From: Thermofilaceae archaeon
GTDB taxonomy: Archaea > Thermoproteota > Thermoprotei > Thermofilales > Thermofilaceae
Assembly: GCA_038861545.1 (NCBI GenBank)
Contig: JAWCCZ010000003.1
Location: 189,444 to 253,443 of the forward strand
Reading direction: 5' to 3'
Length of the DNA stretch: 64,000 bases
Below are positions 31,292-40,994 of this stretch, one piece after another; position 1 is the first letter of the stretch, and every line of letters begins with the position of its first letter. The notes beneath the pieces are model-generated. The model saw nothing but the letters and a program-made list of their open reading frames with translations. It was not told the DNA's origin and made no database searches. The position numbers and the translations under genes are program-made.

Positions 31292-32292
31292 ATGGTTACA
31301 GTTGCTATTGTTGGTGGCGCCGTTTTCATTGGATCATGGATAGCACGCCGGATGCTGAACGAGTTCAGAGTTAAGGTTGTGGATATCGCAGAACCAAGGG
31401 TCAAAGGTGTTGAGTTCTGCTGTGCTGATGTGAGATTCTCGGAAGATGTTGTAAAAGCCCTTAAGGGAGTCGACATAGCAATCCATACATCAATTGTGCA
31501 GATCCCTAAGATTAACGATGAAAGGAGGTTAGGCTACGAAGTTAACGTTGTGGGCACTCAAAACATCTGCGAGTATATTGCCAGCGATCCAAATGTAAAG
31601 GGCTTAATTCTAGCCGGCTCATGGCATGTCATAGGAGAGTCCGGTTTAAGCGGAGTAGTTGATGAAGCGTTTGGTTATAGGCCAGACCGTGTGGAGGATC
31701 GAGCTAGACTCTACGTCCTCTCGAAAATCGCTCAGGAGCTCATAGTTCGTTACTATGATGAAATGATTGATAAAGTCTTTGGTGTGATTAGGCTTGGAAC
31801 AGTCCTAGGTAAGGGGATGCCGAAGAATACAGCTGCTAATATTTTCATCGAGAAGGGCTTGAGGGGTGAGCCGATCACTCCATTTAAGCATAGCATGTAT
31901 AGGCCGATGTTGTACGTTGATGTGAGGGATGTTGCTGAAGCTTTCTATAGGTATACGCTGAAGATACTCTCTGGCAACGTAGGAAAGGGGAAGAGTAGCC
32001 TGTCACATGTCATAAACCTATTTTACCCGAGCCGATAACGATTCTGGAACTGGCTCAAATAGTTAGAGAAGTCATTATAGAGCTCAGTAACGGTAAAGTT
32101 AAGCCGGAGATTCAGGTTGTTGACCAGAGTATTCCGCCGATTTTCACCGAAGATTCAAAGAAACTGTTTAAGGTGAGCATCTCAAAGGCTAAAGAGTTTT
32201 TAGGTCTTGAAAAGTTATTGAATCCAAGGGAATCAATAACAGAATTGGTTAAGATGGAATACATGGAGTATAGTAATAAGGTTTTAACTTAA
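31292..32292 (+). pseudogene. NAD-dependent epimerase/dehydratase, frameshifted
   Basis: GGAVFIG (canonical GGAGFIG), Y..SK, RLGTVLG, RPMLYVDVRDVA; 1-nt loss at ~32028, the other frame continues EPITILELAQIV...SKAKEFLG to TAA at 32292. Confidence 0.85.
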
Positions 32293-32518
32293 TGTAGCAG
32301 TAAAACGAAAATATTTTTCTTAAGATTTTTTACTTCAGGCTCTTTTCCATAAACTACTGTTAAGTATGGGAAGCAGAGGAGTCACAAACTTCAAGCGTAT
32401 GTAAGTATAATCACTACTCATATACAAGAATGTCCGGCATTACTACAGAGAAGATATCTAGAGGGTTAAATTAGTCATGCATATAGTACACATAATTTTA
32501 TGGAAACTCTTCTATATA

Positions 32519-33268
32519 CTAGCCCAGAAGGAATCCCTTATACATTTCAATGTACTGTTGAAGTAATTCGGGGAGCTCCTTAAATCGGTGCTTTTCTAGC
32601 AGGAACCACAGAATATTACGGAGGTGTAACTGAGCTCTAAGAAGAAAGCGTATGTCGTGATTGCGCCGCATATCGGCTCCCCATCTCCTAAATGCGTCAA
32701 ATTTTTCAGACCTGTCATGGTAGGCCAAATACGCGAGTAGGGGCACCACATAGTAACCCTTTTCCCTAACGAAACATGCATAGACTTTATCTTCTCCCAC
32801 GTGAGTGCTGAGGAGTTGCCTACATTGGAGCAGTAGATCTCTGGGTACAATAGTATTGCTAAACGCAGCGAAGCTGAATCTTTTATTTCTCCACTCATCG
32901 TATGCGCTATACCGTGGGCCGTCTAATGCTGCCATCACCATACCGATAGTTTTTACTGCGAACCTTTTCATTATATTCCACCAATTGGGATATAGGTAGA
33001 CGTCGCTGTCCACGTACACAATCCACTCTGTTTCGGCAAGCTCAGCTAATTTGTAGCGAATCCTCCCGATCATGTTGTCTCTGCCTGTAAAGAGGTATGT
33101 TTCCGCTCCATGCTTTTCTGCAATTTTAAGCGTAGAATCTGTGCTCCCTCCATCGCCTACAAGAATTCTGTTTATTGGCAGTGCATGCTTGATGCAATGC
33201 AGGCAGCGATTCAGCGTCCTGGCACTATTGTACGTAACTATTAGTACATCAACTTTAGAGGCCGCCAT
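32519..33268 (-). CDS. GT2 glycosyltransferase
   Basis: VTYNSA.TL..CL, DGGSTDST, YVDSDV, GED. Confidence 0.88.
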   Translation of the reverse strand: MAASKVDVLIVTYNSARTLNRCLHCIKHALPINRILVGDGGSTDSTLKIAEKHGAETYLFTGRDNMIGRIRYKLAELAETEWIVYVDSDVYLYPNWWNIMKRFAVKTIGMVMAALDGPRYSAYDEWRNKRFSFAAFSNTIVPRDLLLQCRQLLSTHVGEDKVYACFVREKGYYVVPLLAYLAYHDRSEKFDAFRRWGADMRRNHDIRFLLRAQLHLRNILWFLLEKHRFKELPELLQQYIEMYKGFLLG

Positions 33269-33737
33269 GGAATAACATTCTATATTTTGTCTCGAAGGTT
33301 TTATAAATTTTATTTAATGCAGCCTAGTAAAAATCTCTTTGCCAAGCTATTTAGGTTTGCCTTGGCAAACATTGCATGACGTTCGTCCACATTAAGAGGT
33401 TACCGCTCTCACCTAAACCTCCTCTTGGAAGGATGTAAACTGAATAAATGCGTGAACTTAGCCCTAAGGCAAGATGGGACATCTCCAACTACAAAAGCAG
33501 TTAAAAGAAGCTGATAGATTGATTTTCTGATAAACTGGTTCTAGAAGCTAGAGGAAGTATCCCAAATCAAAGGGTGCACCAGACTTTGGTTGGAATATAC
33601 GTAACGGCCCTGATTCTGCTAAAATAAAAGCTTCTCTTAGGTAAGCACATGCATGCTTCACAGTGTAGTTACGTAATCACCTGTAGCTAGGAAATAAAGA
33701 ATCATAGTTTTTAAAAGTATAAGATGTTTTCAATTGT

Positions 33738-35186
33738 GTGCAACTTAGTAGGCGTAAACTCTTTAGCCTAGTAACCGCTCTTGTAGTAGTGATATCTGTT
33801 ATGCTAGTTTTCGGTTTAAAAGGTCAGCGGGAATGTAGTGAGACTCAAGCTATGTTGAAGCTAGGTTTAGACCAGTACAACTTCTTCGGCGGGCGGAGAG
33901 GGATGTGCCAGTTTGAAGCTAAGGGTTTCTTCTACGTAGCTGAACGGGAGGGCGTGTGGTGGCTGGTAGATCCGCTGGGTTGCGCTTTTATATCGAAAGG
34001 CGTAAACCATGTAAGCCCGTACGGGGATTACTCGCCCGCGCTCGGGTACTCGCCTTACGAGAGATGGGTTAAAGCTAAGTATGAAAACATTGATTCATGG
34101 CTTGAGGCAACGGTGCTGCGCCTTCGATCTTGGGGCTTTAACACTATCGGTTCGTGGTCGTACGAGCAGTTATTCCTTCAGATGCCCTACACGGTTATCC
34201 TTGACGTAATGGCCAGTTACGGCTTTAACTGGGTTACCGGAGGCGTCCCTGATATTTTCGACGCAAAGTTCGAGGAGCACGCTGAGAGCGTCATCGCATC
34301 TAAGTGTGAACCTAGGGCTCACGATCCCCTGCTTTTAGGCTACTTTCTCGATAACGAGTTGAGATGGGGACCTGATTGGCGATCTCAAAAACACCTGCTA
34401 GACGATTTCATAAGGCTCCCAGCCGAGGCTCCTGGGAAGCGGGTTGCTGCTGAAGCCTTAGTCGAGGCTTACGGGGGAAGCCTTACAGAGCTCGGCAAAG
34501 AGTTAGGAATCAATCTAGAAAGCTTCGACGACCTACTCCGCTTCAGCGGCGAGATTCCAACGGGTGGCGTTTTCGATAAGGCGCGCAGTCTTTTCCTTAA
34601 GCGTTTCGCGGAGAGGTACTTTAGCGTAGCTGTTAACTCCGTGAAAAAGCATGACCCGAATCACTTGGTTTTAGGAGTTCGGTTCGCCGGACTACCTCCA
34701 TCGGAGGTGCTCGAAGCCGCTGGAAAGTACTTCGACATAGTAACGGTCAACTTCTACACTTACGGGTCCCATGAGCCACCTATTGATGCTTTGAAGCGTG
34801 TTTACGAGCTTACCGGTAAGCCCTTAATGGTCACCGAGTTCTCCTACAAGGCTATGGACTCTGGTTTACCTAACACAAGAGGGGCTAGCGAGCCAGTGAA
34901 AACCCAAAAGGAGAGGTCATACTTTACCGCTCGTTACGTGTTGAGAGTTATAGAGCTACCCTACACGGTTGGGTACCACTGGTTCCAGTACACAGATCAA
35001 CCTAAAGAGGGTAGGTTCGACGGAGAAAACAGTAATTATGGGCTAGTGAAAATAGACGACGAGCCTTGGGAGTTGCTGACTAAAGTTTTCTCCTATGTTA
35101 ATGGTAAGGCCGAGGAAGTTCACGCGGGTTTAGCAAAGGTCGACGAGTTGCTAAAACAGGTAGCAGAGATTGTGAAACAAGGTTAG
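33738..35186 (+). CDS. Membrane-anchored GH-A clan glycoside hydrolase, GH50 (beta-agarase)-like
   Basis: N-terminal TM; WWLVDPLG, LRSWGFNTIGSWS, GYFLDNEL.W, DPNHLVLG.RF, PLMVTEF, VGYHWFQY.DQP..GRFDGENSNYG. Confidence 0.85.
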   Translation: MQLSRRKLFSLVTALVVVISVMLVFGLKGQRECSETQAMLKLGLDQYNFFGGRRGMCQFEAKGFFYVAEREGVWWLVDPLGCAFISKGVNHVSPYGDYSPALGYSPYERWVKAKYENIDSWLEATVLRLRSWGFNTIGSWSYEQLFLQMPYTVILDVMASYGFNWVTGGVPDIFDAKFEEHAESVIASKCEPRAHDPLLLGYFLDNELRWGPDWRSQKHLLDDFIRLPAEAPGKRVAAEALVEAYGGSLTELGKELGINLESFDDLLRFSGEIPTGGVFDKARSLFLKRFAERYFSVAVNSVKKHDPNHLVLGVRFAGLPPSEVLEAAGKYFDIVTVNFYTYGSHEPPIDALKRVYELTGKPLMVTEFSYKAMDSGLPNTRGASEPVKTQKERSYFTARYVLRVIELPYTVGYHWFQYTDQPKEGRFDGENSNYGLVKIDDEPWELLTKVFSYVNGKAEEVHAGLAKVDELLKQVAEIVKQG

Positions 35187-35349
35187 TTTTCCAAAATAAT
35201 CGAGTCCAGATTTTCCCTTATGCTAAACAGGTTGAACTTCCATGACCGGCACAGGGTTATCGCCCTCTTCAGAGTGTAAAAGGCCGGCGTAAGGGTAATA
35301 GTTAAAGTTAAGCAGATGGGGCTAGCATCCGGTAAACAAGGGGTAAGGC

Positions 35350-38300
35350 ATGCCTATCAGGAGAGCTATACTAACCGGCTTAAGGGGGTATTTGAGAGGG
35401 GTGGTTAATGATGGGTGGAGTGTAATACTCAAAGGGTGTAGGGGTGCACTGTTTTTTCTCCTCTTACCATTGATTTACTTTTTCTCTTCATATATATCAA
35501 TGCTAAGCAATATAGAATCAATTTGCTTGTTTGATATAAGGTTATTCAATTTTTTACTTTCTTTGAGCATCACGACGGTATTTTTCCTGGTTGTCGAGGA
35601 TAAGGATTATTTTTTAAAAATACCATTACGTTTATGGAAAGCTATAGCTGTGCTATCCCTCTCGACGATTTTAGGCTGTATAACGTGTTTAAGCCTTTAC
35701 TTCCCGAATCTCGGTAAAAAAGCATTTGTGGAGTGGTATGAGTTACCCTTAGGTTTACCCGTATTCTTCGCGCTAGCTTACCTATGCGCGCTTTATACTC
35801 CGGCTTACGTACTGGATTTAGTTATCCTGAGAAGCCGATGGGTTTTCTTGGAGAAGCTTGTTTTCTACCCGGTGATCGGCTCAGCTGTTCTGGGCTTCCT
35901 GGCAGTGGTTAGTGACCTTACTGGAATCCAAGGTTTAGGTGGAGTGGTTCTTCTGTTGATGTTTTTTTTATCGCTACTATACTTATGCTCAGGAACTTGG
36001 GTTTCGAAAAAAACTTTCCCGAATACTCAAGAAATGCTGGAGATCGATGCTGTAAACTCGCTAGTGCTTTTAACAGTAATTACTTTTAACGTGTCTACCC
36101 TTTTCATAGCGCTAGGCGGTGAGGAGGCATTTCTAAGAGGCGATATGTACAGCGACGCGCACAGAGTAGCTTTCCTGAGCAAGTACGGGTTATCCCCGTA
36201 TTTCTCCTCACCCGCTGAAAGCTATCCCATAGCTTTCAGCCTCTCCTGGCTCTCCGCGATTAGGTTGCTACCTTTCCCCTACGTTAACGGTTTAGTGGTA
36301 ATCGCATTTTTCAATCAATTCTATTTTATCTTAGCGTTATACCTTGCTGCTAAAGTCTTCTTAGGGGATTCAAAGAGGGCGGCTCTAGCTGTAGTTATGT
36401 GGACGCTGCTCTCCGGGTTCTCTTGGATGTCTTTGCTTACGAAAACTCCAAGCTTACTGCGATCTAATGAAGGGTGGATGCAAGTGCTCGGCGATATTTT
36501 CCGCCGTTATGGACTCTATTCCGGCGCTATAGTCTCCCAAATATACGCCGATGGTCACGCCCTAACCCGCTTATGGGCTTTAGGCTTGCTTTTAGCAGTT
36601 CTAACGCTGCTACTGAAGTTGCACATGTGTAATGGGGGCGTTCGAGGAAATACTGTAGCGTTAATCCTAGCGACCGCTCAACTATCGCTCGGCCACGTGG
36701 TTGAAGTTCTCGTGGTAGCTGAAGCCTCTTTCATCTTAGCGTTAGTTCTAAAAGAGTACCCCATGAGCAGAATAGCTCGTACAGGGATATTACTCCTTCT
36801 CGTTAATCTACCTCTCTCTATTGCTTCCTTCCGCAATGTTTTCTGGATATTAACTACCATGCTCCCCCCGTTCGCTTCTTTTATTGCAGTGGCTTTGCGG
36901 GCTGTAACTGGAAGGCTAAGCTGCAAAACCTTTCACACTAGGCTCCGTTCGCGGAGCTTAGGTACTGCTTTGCTGATCTTAATATTATATGTATACGGTT
37001 TAGCTTTACTGGCGTTCTTCATTTATAGGCCTCAACTGGATCCGCCCATCGTTACACTATGGTACACGCCAGCTATTGAATGGGGTTTTTTAGGCTTAGG
37101 CGCGTTCACCGCCTTAGCCTGTATCCTTGCACGTAAGGAAAGCCTTTCCCTCGGATTGGAATTTTCAATATATATTATAATTATTCAAATTTTTATTATT
37201 GTTTTCCTAAACATATTTAACGTCAACTTTTTCTACTTAATAGAACCATATCCGATGGAACCTATATTCTTCCGCCCTTTTCTCGCGTTGATTGCTTCAC
37301 ACGTAATGCCCCCTCGGGGGCATTCACCCTGTAAATGGAGAAGATTGCTACTAGTTTTTCTATTGATGGAATTCCTCGCTTTTGGAGCCTTGAATCACGT
37401 GCTTTCTGCAAGCCACTGGAAGTGGAACGATGCTAGGAATCCGCTGGTACATTTGGGTTTAACTAAAGAAGATCGCGAACTGATAAATGTTATCTACGAG
37501 CAGCCTCGAACCTACGCGTACGAGTACGTAGCATCAATATACAGCTGGGCAGCTCCATCCGCTCAGCTGGTTTACGCAAGCGGGGCAGCCTTGTTCCCAG
37601 GCTCGCTGGGTACTCTTCTTAACGAGATAAATAGTAAGGAGGAGCTAGCCATTATCGTGAGAGTTCTTCCCACCCCCTTCATTTTAGTTCCATTGGAGGA
37701 GCTGCACCCCAACTCCACTCTCATTAATGTTACTAAGGGTCTCGAGGTAGTTTCCTTTAATGGTAAGTATGTTCTTGTTTCTTCATCCCAGTTGATCTCA
37801 TCGAGTTTAACTTACAACTTAACGGAGTTTGTAGTGGTCTCTAGTATAAACTTTGACGGGGGTGTTAGCATCAAAGACGGGCAAAGTACGATAACGTTGC
37901 TCAACGTCGTCAACGGAGCTTTACTCCCCAGAGAAGGCGGTTACGTTGAGGTGGTAACTCCCTTGAACGTGACAACTCTCTTAAACCCATTAGTGGAAAT
38001 TAAAGGCAACATAACTCTCCACAGCTTCAGGTCAACACGAGGTTACGCCAGCGTTCTCGGGTCCTCGAGGGCTGAAAAGTTGGAGTTAAAAATGGAGGAA
38101 GTAGAGTTCAAGGTTTACGCGTCCTTTGAAGGGAAAAGAATGTACATCGGAGATTTTAGCATCAAGAGGGGTTACACGACGTCCTGGTTTGCAGTACGCC
38201 CGGTATACTCGAGATGGGTGTTAGAAGCGTACATTAATCGTAGCTACGTAGATCCGCTTACAGTGATTATGTCAACGCCGGGTAAAACTATCACTCTATT

Positions 38301-38379
38301 GTTTACCACGTGGATGCTGCTAACGTATCGGAAACATTTCGGTAAGCTGCTCTCCGGTTTGCTACTAAAACTCTTCTAG
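35350..38379 (+). CDS. Giant polytopic membrane protein, GT-C-like, probable paralog of 12706-16167
   Basis: Many TM segments, loop RGDMYSDAH..SYP, extracellular beta-rich domain, C-terminal TM; start uncertain. Confidence 0.7.
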   Translation: MPIRRAILTGLRGYLRGVVNDGWSVILKGCRGALFFLLLPLIYFFSSYISMLSNIESICLFDIRLFNFLLSLSITTVFFLVVEDKDYFLKIPLRLWKAIAVLSLSTILGCITCLSLYFPNLGKKAFVEWYELPLGLPVFFALAYLCALYTPAYVLDLVILRSRWVFLEKLVFYPVIGSAVLGFLAVVSDLTGIQGLGGVVLLLMFFLSLLYLCSGTWVSKKTFPNTQEMLEIDAVNSLVLLTVITFNVSTLFIALGGEEAFLRGDMYSDAHRVAFLSKYGLSPYFSSPAESYPIAFSLSWLSAIRLLPFPYVNGLVVIAFFNQFYFILALYLAAKVFLGDSKRAALAVVMWTLLSGFSWMSLLTKTPSLLRSNEGWMQVLGDIFRRYGLYSGAIVSQIYADGHALTRLWALGLLLAVLTLLLKLHMCNGGVRGNTVALILATAQLSLGHVVEVLVVAEASFILALVLKEYPMSRIARTGILLLLVNLPLSIASFRNVFWILTTMLPPFASFIAVALRAVTGRLSCKTFHTRLRSRSLGTALLILILYVYGLALLAFFIYRPQLDPPIVTLWYTPAIEWGFLGLGAFTALACILARKESLSLGLEFSIYIIIIQIFIIVFLNIFNVNFFYLIEPYPMEPIFFRPFLALIASHVMPPRGHSPCKWRRLLLVFLLMEFLAFGALNHVLSASHWKWNDARNPLVHLGLTKEDRELINVIYEQPRTYAYEYVASIYSWAAPSAQLVYASGAALFPGSLGTLLNEINSKEELAIIVRVLPTPFILVPLEELHPNSTLINVTKGLEVVSFNGKYVLVSSSQLISSSLTYNLTEFVVVSSINFDGGVSIKDGQSTITLLNVVNGALLPREGGYVEVVTPLNVTTLLNPLVEIKGNITLHSFRSTRGYASVLGSSRAEKLELKMEEVEFKVYASFEGKRMYIGDFSIKRGYTTSWFAVRPVYSRWVLEAYINRSYVDPLTVIMSTPGKTITLLFTTWMLLTYRKHFGKLLSGLLLKLF

Positions 38380-38433
38380 CCTTTAGTTTCAGCTACTTCT
38401 CGGTATTTTTCTTTAACATTTTCTGCACAGGCT

Positions 38434-38886
38434 TCATGTCTCGGTTGTTTTTCTCTTAAGTTTCTTTATACCTCTCTTGTCTGCAGCTCGAGTTAGCCCG
38501 GATGCCTCGAACCCGGCTATGGCGATTTCTGCGAGGTAGAGTACCCTGCACCCCTCTTCCAGATGACCCGCGTAGGCTTTTTCGGTATCCGAGACCACGG
38601 CGTGGAGATGTGGTTCACCGTCCGCTATGATCCCCGATAGGGATACCAGCTCCAGCGGCTCTCCATCCCACCTTCTGTAGTACTCTTTAGGCGGATAGCC
38701 CGTAGTCGTCACCATGTGAAGTACACATTTATCAAGTGTCCCGATACCCGAGATCACTACCGCGTCATTTAACTCCTCTTTTCTGACCAGTTCCCGTAGG
38801 CTTTCCAGTATGAAATCCCCTGGATCCAACCTTACTACCAATACGTTACCAGTAATTTTTACCTTAAAGTACTCCATCTTAAACAC
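38434..38886 (-). CDS. PPC/DUF296 domain protein
   Basis: VRLDPGD, SGIGTL, ELVSLSG, PHLHAVVSD, GHL..G. Confidence 0.88.
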   Translation of the reverse strand: MFKMEYFKVKITGNVLVVRLDPGDFILESLRELVRKEELNDAVVISGIGTLDKCVLHMVTTTGYPPKEYYRRWDGEPLELVSLSGIIADGEPHLHAVVSDTEKAYAGHLEEGCRVLYLAEIAIAGFEASGLTRAADKRGIKKLKRKTTET

Positions 38887-38887
38887 C

Positions 38888-39580
38888 CTATGTGAGCCGT
38901 AAACCCAGTTTTTCTAAAAGGGGTTTCTGCGATGCTCTATCGGCTTCAAGCTGCCTTTCCGCCCTCTCAGCTACTTTGCCCGCGATGCTTCTCGGTACTA
39001 CAACAAGCCCGTCATCGTCACCTACCACAATGTCGCCGGGGTAAACCGTTACCCCTCCTATCGTCACCGGTATATTTACGCCGTCGGGAGGTATTTCAAG
39101 CCGGCCGACAACTTCTGTTCTGCCGCGAGTCTTGCAGAAGACCGGTATCCTCAGCAGCTGGATCTCCCAGGTATCCCTGCACCCTCCGTCTATCACCACC
39201 CCCTCAACGCCCTTAGCTTTTGCCTGTAAACCCACATTCGAACCCCAGAAGCCGACGTCCGGGCATTCAGCTGCGTTAACCGCGATCACGATTCCAGGGC
39301 CAGCATGCTTCATGAAAAGCTCGTAGTTAGCCTTCTTGCTGTACCATTCCCCGGTGAACTTCTCCCATTCCTCTTGAGTCATTGATGGAACCTCTTCCCT
39401 TACTCTCCTAGTTTGGACGGTTAAGGCGTGGCCAGCTATTCTGATCCCGGAATAAAGAGGTCGTATTTCTCTCGAGATAAGGATTTTATCATGGTACCCA
39501 TAGCGGTCGAGCGCGTCGACGACGTCAGCCACTCTAACATTCTTAAACTTCTCAACCAACATAAGATCTACTTGGAACAT
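38888..39580 (-). CDS. RraA-like / HMG aldolase family protein
   Basis: V.DALD, WG..VG, GVVIDGGCRD, IPVF, V.IGGV.V.PGD.VVGDDDG.VVVP. Confidence 0.88.
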   Translation of the reverse strand: MFQVDLMLVEKFKNVRVADVVDALDRYGYHDKILISREIRPLYSGIRIAGHALTVQTRRVREEVPSMTQEEWEKFTGEWYSKKANYELFMKHAGPGIVIAVNAAECPDVGFWGSNVGLQAKAKGVEGVVIDGGCRDTWEIQLLRIPVFCKTRGRTEVVGRLEIPPDGVNIPVTIGGVTVYPGDIVVGDDDGLVVVPRSIAGKVAERAERQLEADRASQKPLLEKLGLRLT

Positions 39581-39744
39581 TCTCTCCGAGAGACCGGGAA
39601 ACAGGAGGTATAAGCCTTTAGCGCTCCAGCGTTTGGAGTATCAGGGGCTAGGTTGTGCTGTTAGAACGTAGTTAACGCTATTCAATGTAACACGGAGGAT
39701 TGGAGGGAAAAGCAGTGGGTAACTTTCTTTCAGCAACACTTCTA

Positions 39745-40797
39745 TTATATCTGGTTAGTCTTTTCCGTCAGCAATTCCTCGTACAGTTTCACGTATTCTT
39801 CGGCTATCACATCCCAGTTAAACTTTTCTTTAACCCTGGTATACGCTCTTTCAAGCATTTCTCTAGGGTAGTCTTCGACAAACCTATTGATTGCCTTTGC
39901 TAACGCGGCCGGCTCTCCCAGCTCTACTAGAGCAGCGCAGCTCTCGTCTAAAACATCGGTGACCCCAGGTATTCTACTAGCTAGAATAGGAACTTTCAGT
40001 GCCATGGCTTCTAGTATCACTGTTGGAAGCCCTTCGGCTCTTGAAGGAAGGACTAGGAGGTCGCTGCCGGCGATAATCTTAAGGGTTTCCTCATGAGACC
40101 TGTAGCCGAGGTAGTGGAAGTTCAGCAATTTTTCCGACAACACATGCGCCCGCTCTTCCAGCTTTTTAAGCCCGGATCCTAGAACAACTACGTGAACACG
40201 CGGGTCCAAAAACTCGGCTGCTTCAAGAAGCATGTCGAACCCTTTCTCATAGCTTAGCCTTCCCGCGTATACTACCTGCTTTTCAAACAACCTGAGCTTC
40301 TCACCTGGTAGCTCTTGAAAGTCTATGGCATTGGGAATAAAGCGTGCTCGGGCGCCCATTTCCTTGTAATACTTGTATACAGGACCGGAGACGCAGGTTA
40401 ACGCGTTCATTCTCTTGACGGCGGCCAGCTCTAAGCGCTTAGCAACACTACCGGCGAGGTTGCCGTAGAGTAACTGAATACTTTCAGAGTAAATGCCATG
40501 CTGCGTGAGGATTTTTACGCTAGCGGGAGCCAGTTTAACGCCCAGCCATGTGGGGAGATTGTGGCCGTGGGCTACATCGTAGTGTTTACCTCTAAGGCAC
40601 CACCGTAGAGTTTTCAAAGTTGATGTAGCAGAGAAGCTGAGATTATACAGCCCTTTCACTGGTAAATGCAGTGTATTTTCTGTAGAAATGATATCGACTA
40701 GGAAACCCTTTTTTCTCAATCTTTTAATAAGTGCCGTGACGTGGCGAGCTACGCCCCCTATACCTGAGACTTTAGGACTTATCATTAAGATATCCAT
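39745..40797 (-). CDS. GT4 (GT-B) glycosyltransferase
   Basis: Start MDILMIS at 40797; GGVARHV, T.HG, IPNAI, GRLSYEKG, PSRAEGLPTVILEAMA. Confidence 0.92.
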   Translation of the reverse strand: MDILMISPKVSGIGGVARHVTALIKRLRKKGFLVDIISTENTLHLPVKGLYNLSFSATSTLKTLRWCLRGKHYDVAHGHNLPTWLGVKLAPASVKILTQHGIYSESIQLLYGNLAGSVAKRLELAAVKRMNALTCVSGPVYKYYKEMGARARFIPNAIDFQELPGEKLRLFEKQVVYAGRLSYEKGFDMLLEAAEFLDPRVHVVVLGSGLKKLEERAHVLSEKLLNFHYLGYRSHEETLKIIAGSDLLVLPSRAEGLPTVILEAMALKVPILASRIPGVTDVLDESCAALVELGEPAALAKAINRFVEDYPREMLERAYTRVKEKFNWDVIAEEYVKLYEELLTEKTNQI

Positions 40798-40994
40798 GAT
40801 TGGCTTATTCCCTCTAAAGCGTCCATAAGTTTTTCCCCCGCAATGCAAGGGCACGCCTCGAACGATATTGTTCAGATAGCGACTGCGTACGGTCAAACCA
40901 CACATCAGTAAACCAAAACTTAGGTTTTACGCTTAGTAGAGTAACCTGTTAGGGTAAAACGCCCCTCTTTCATCGCATCGAAGTTGATGCTGGC

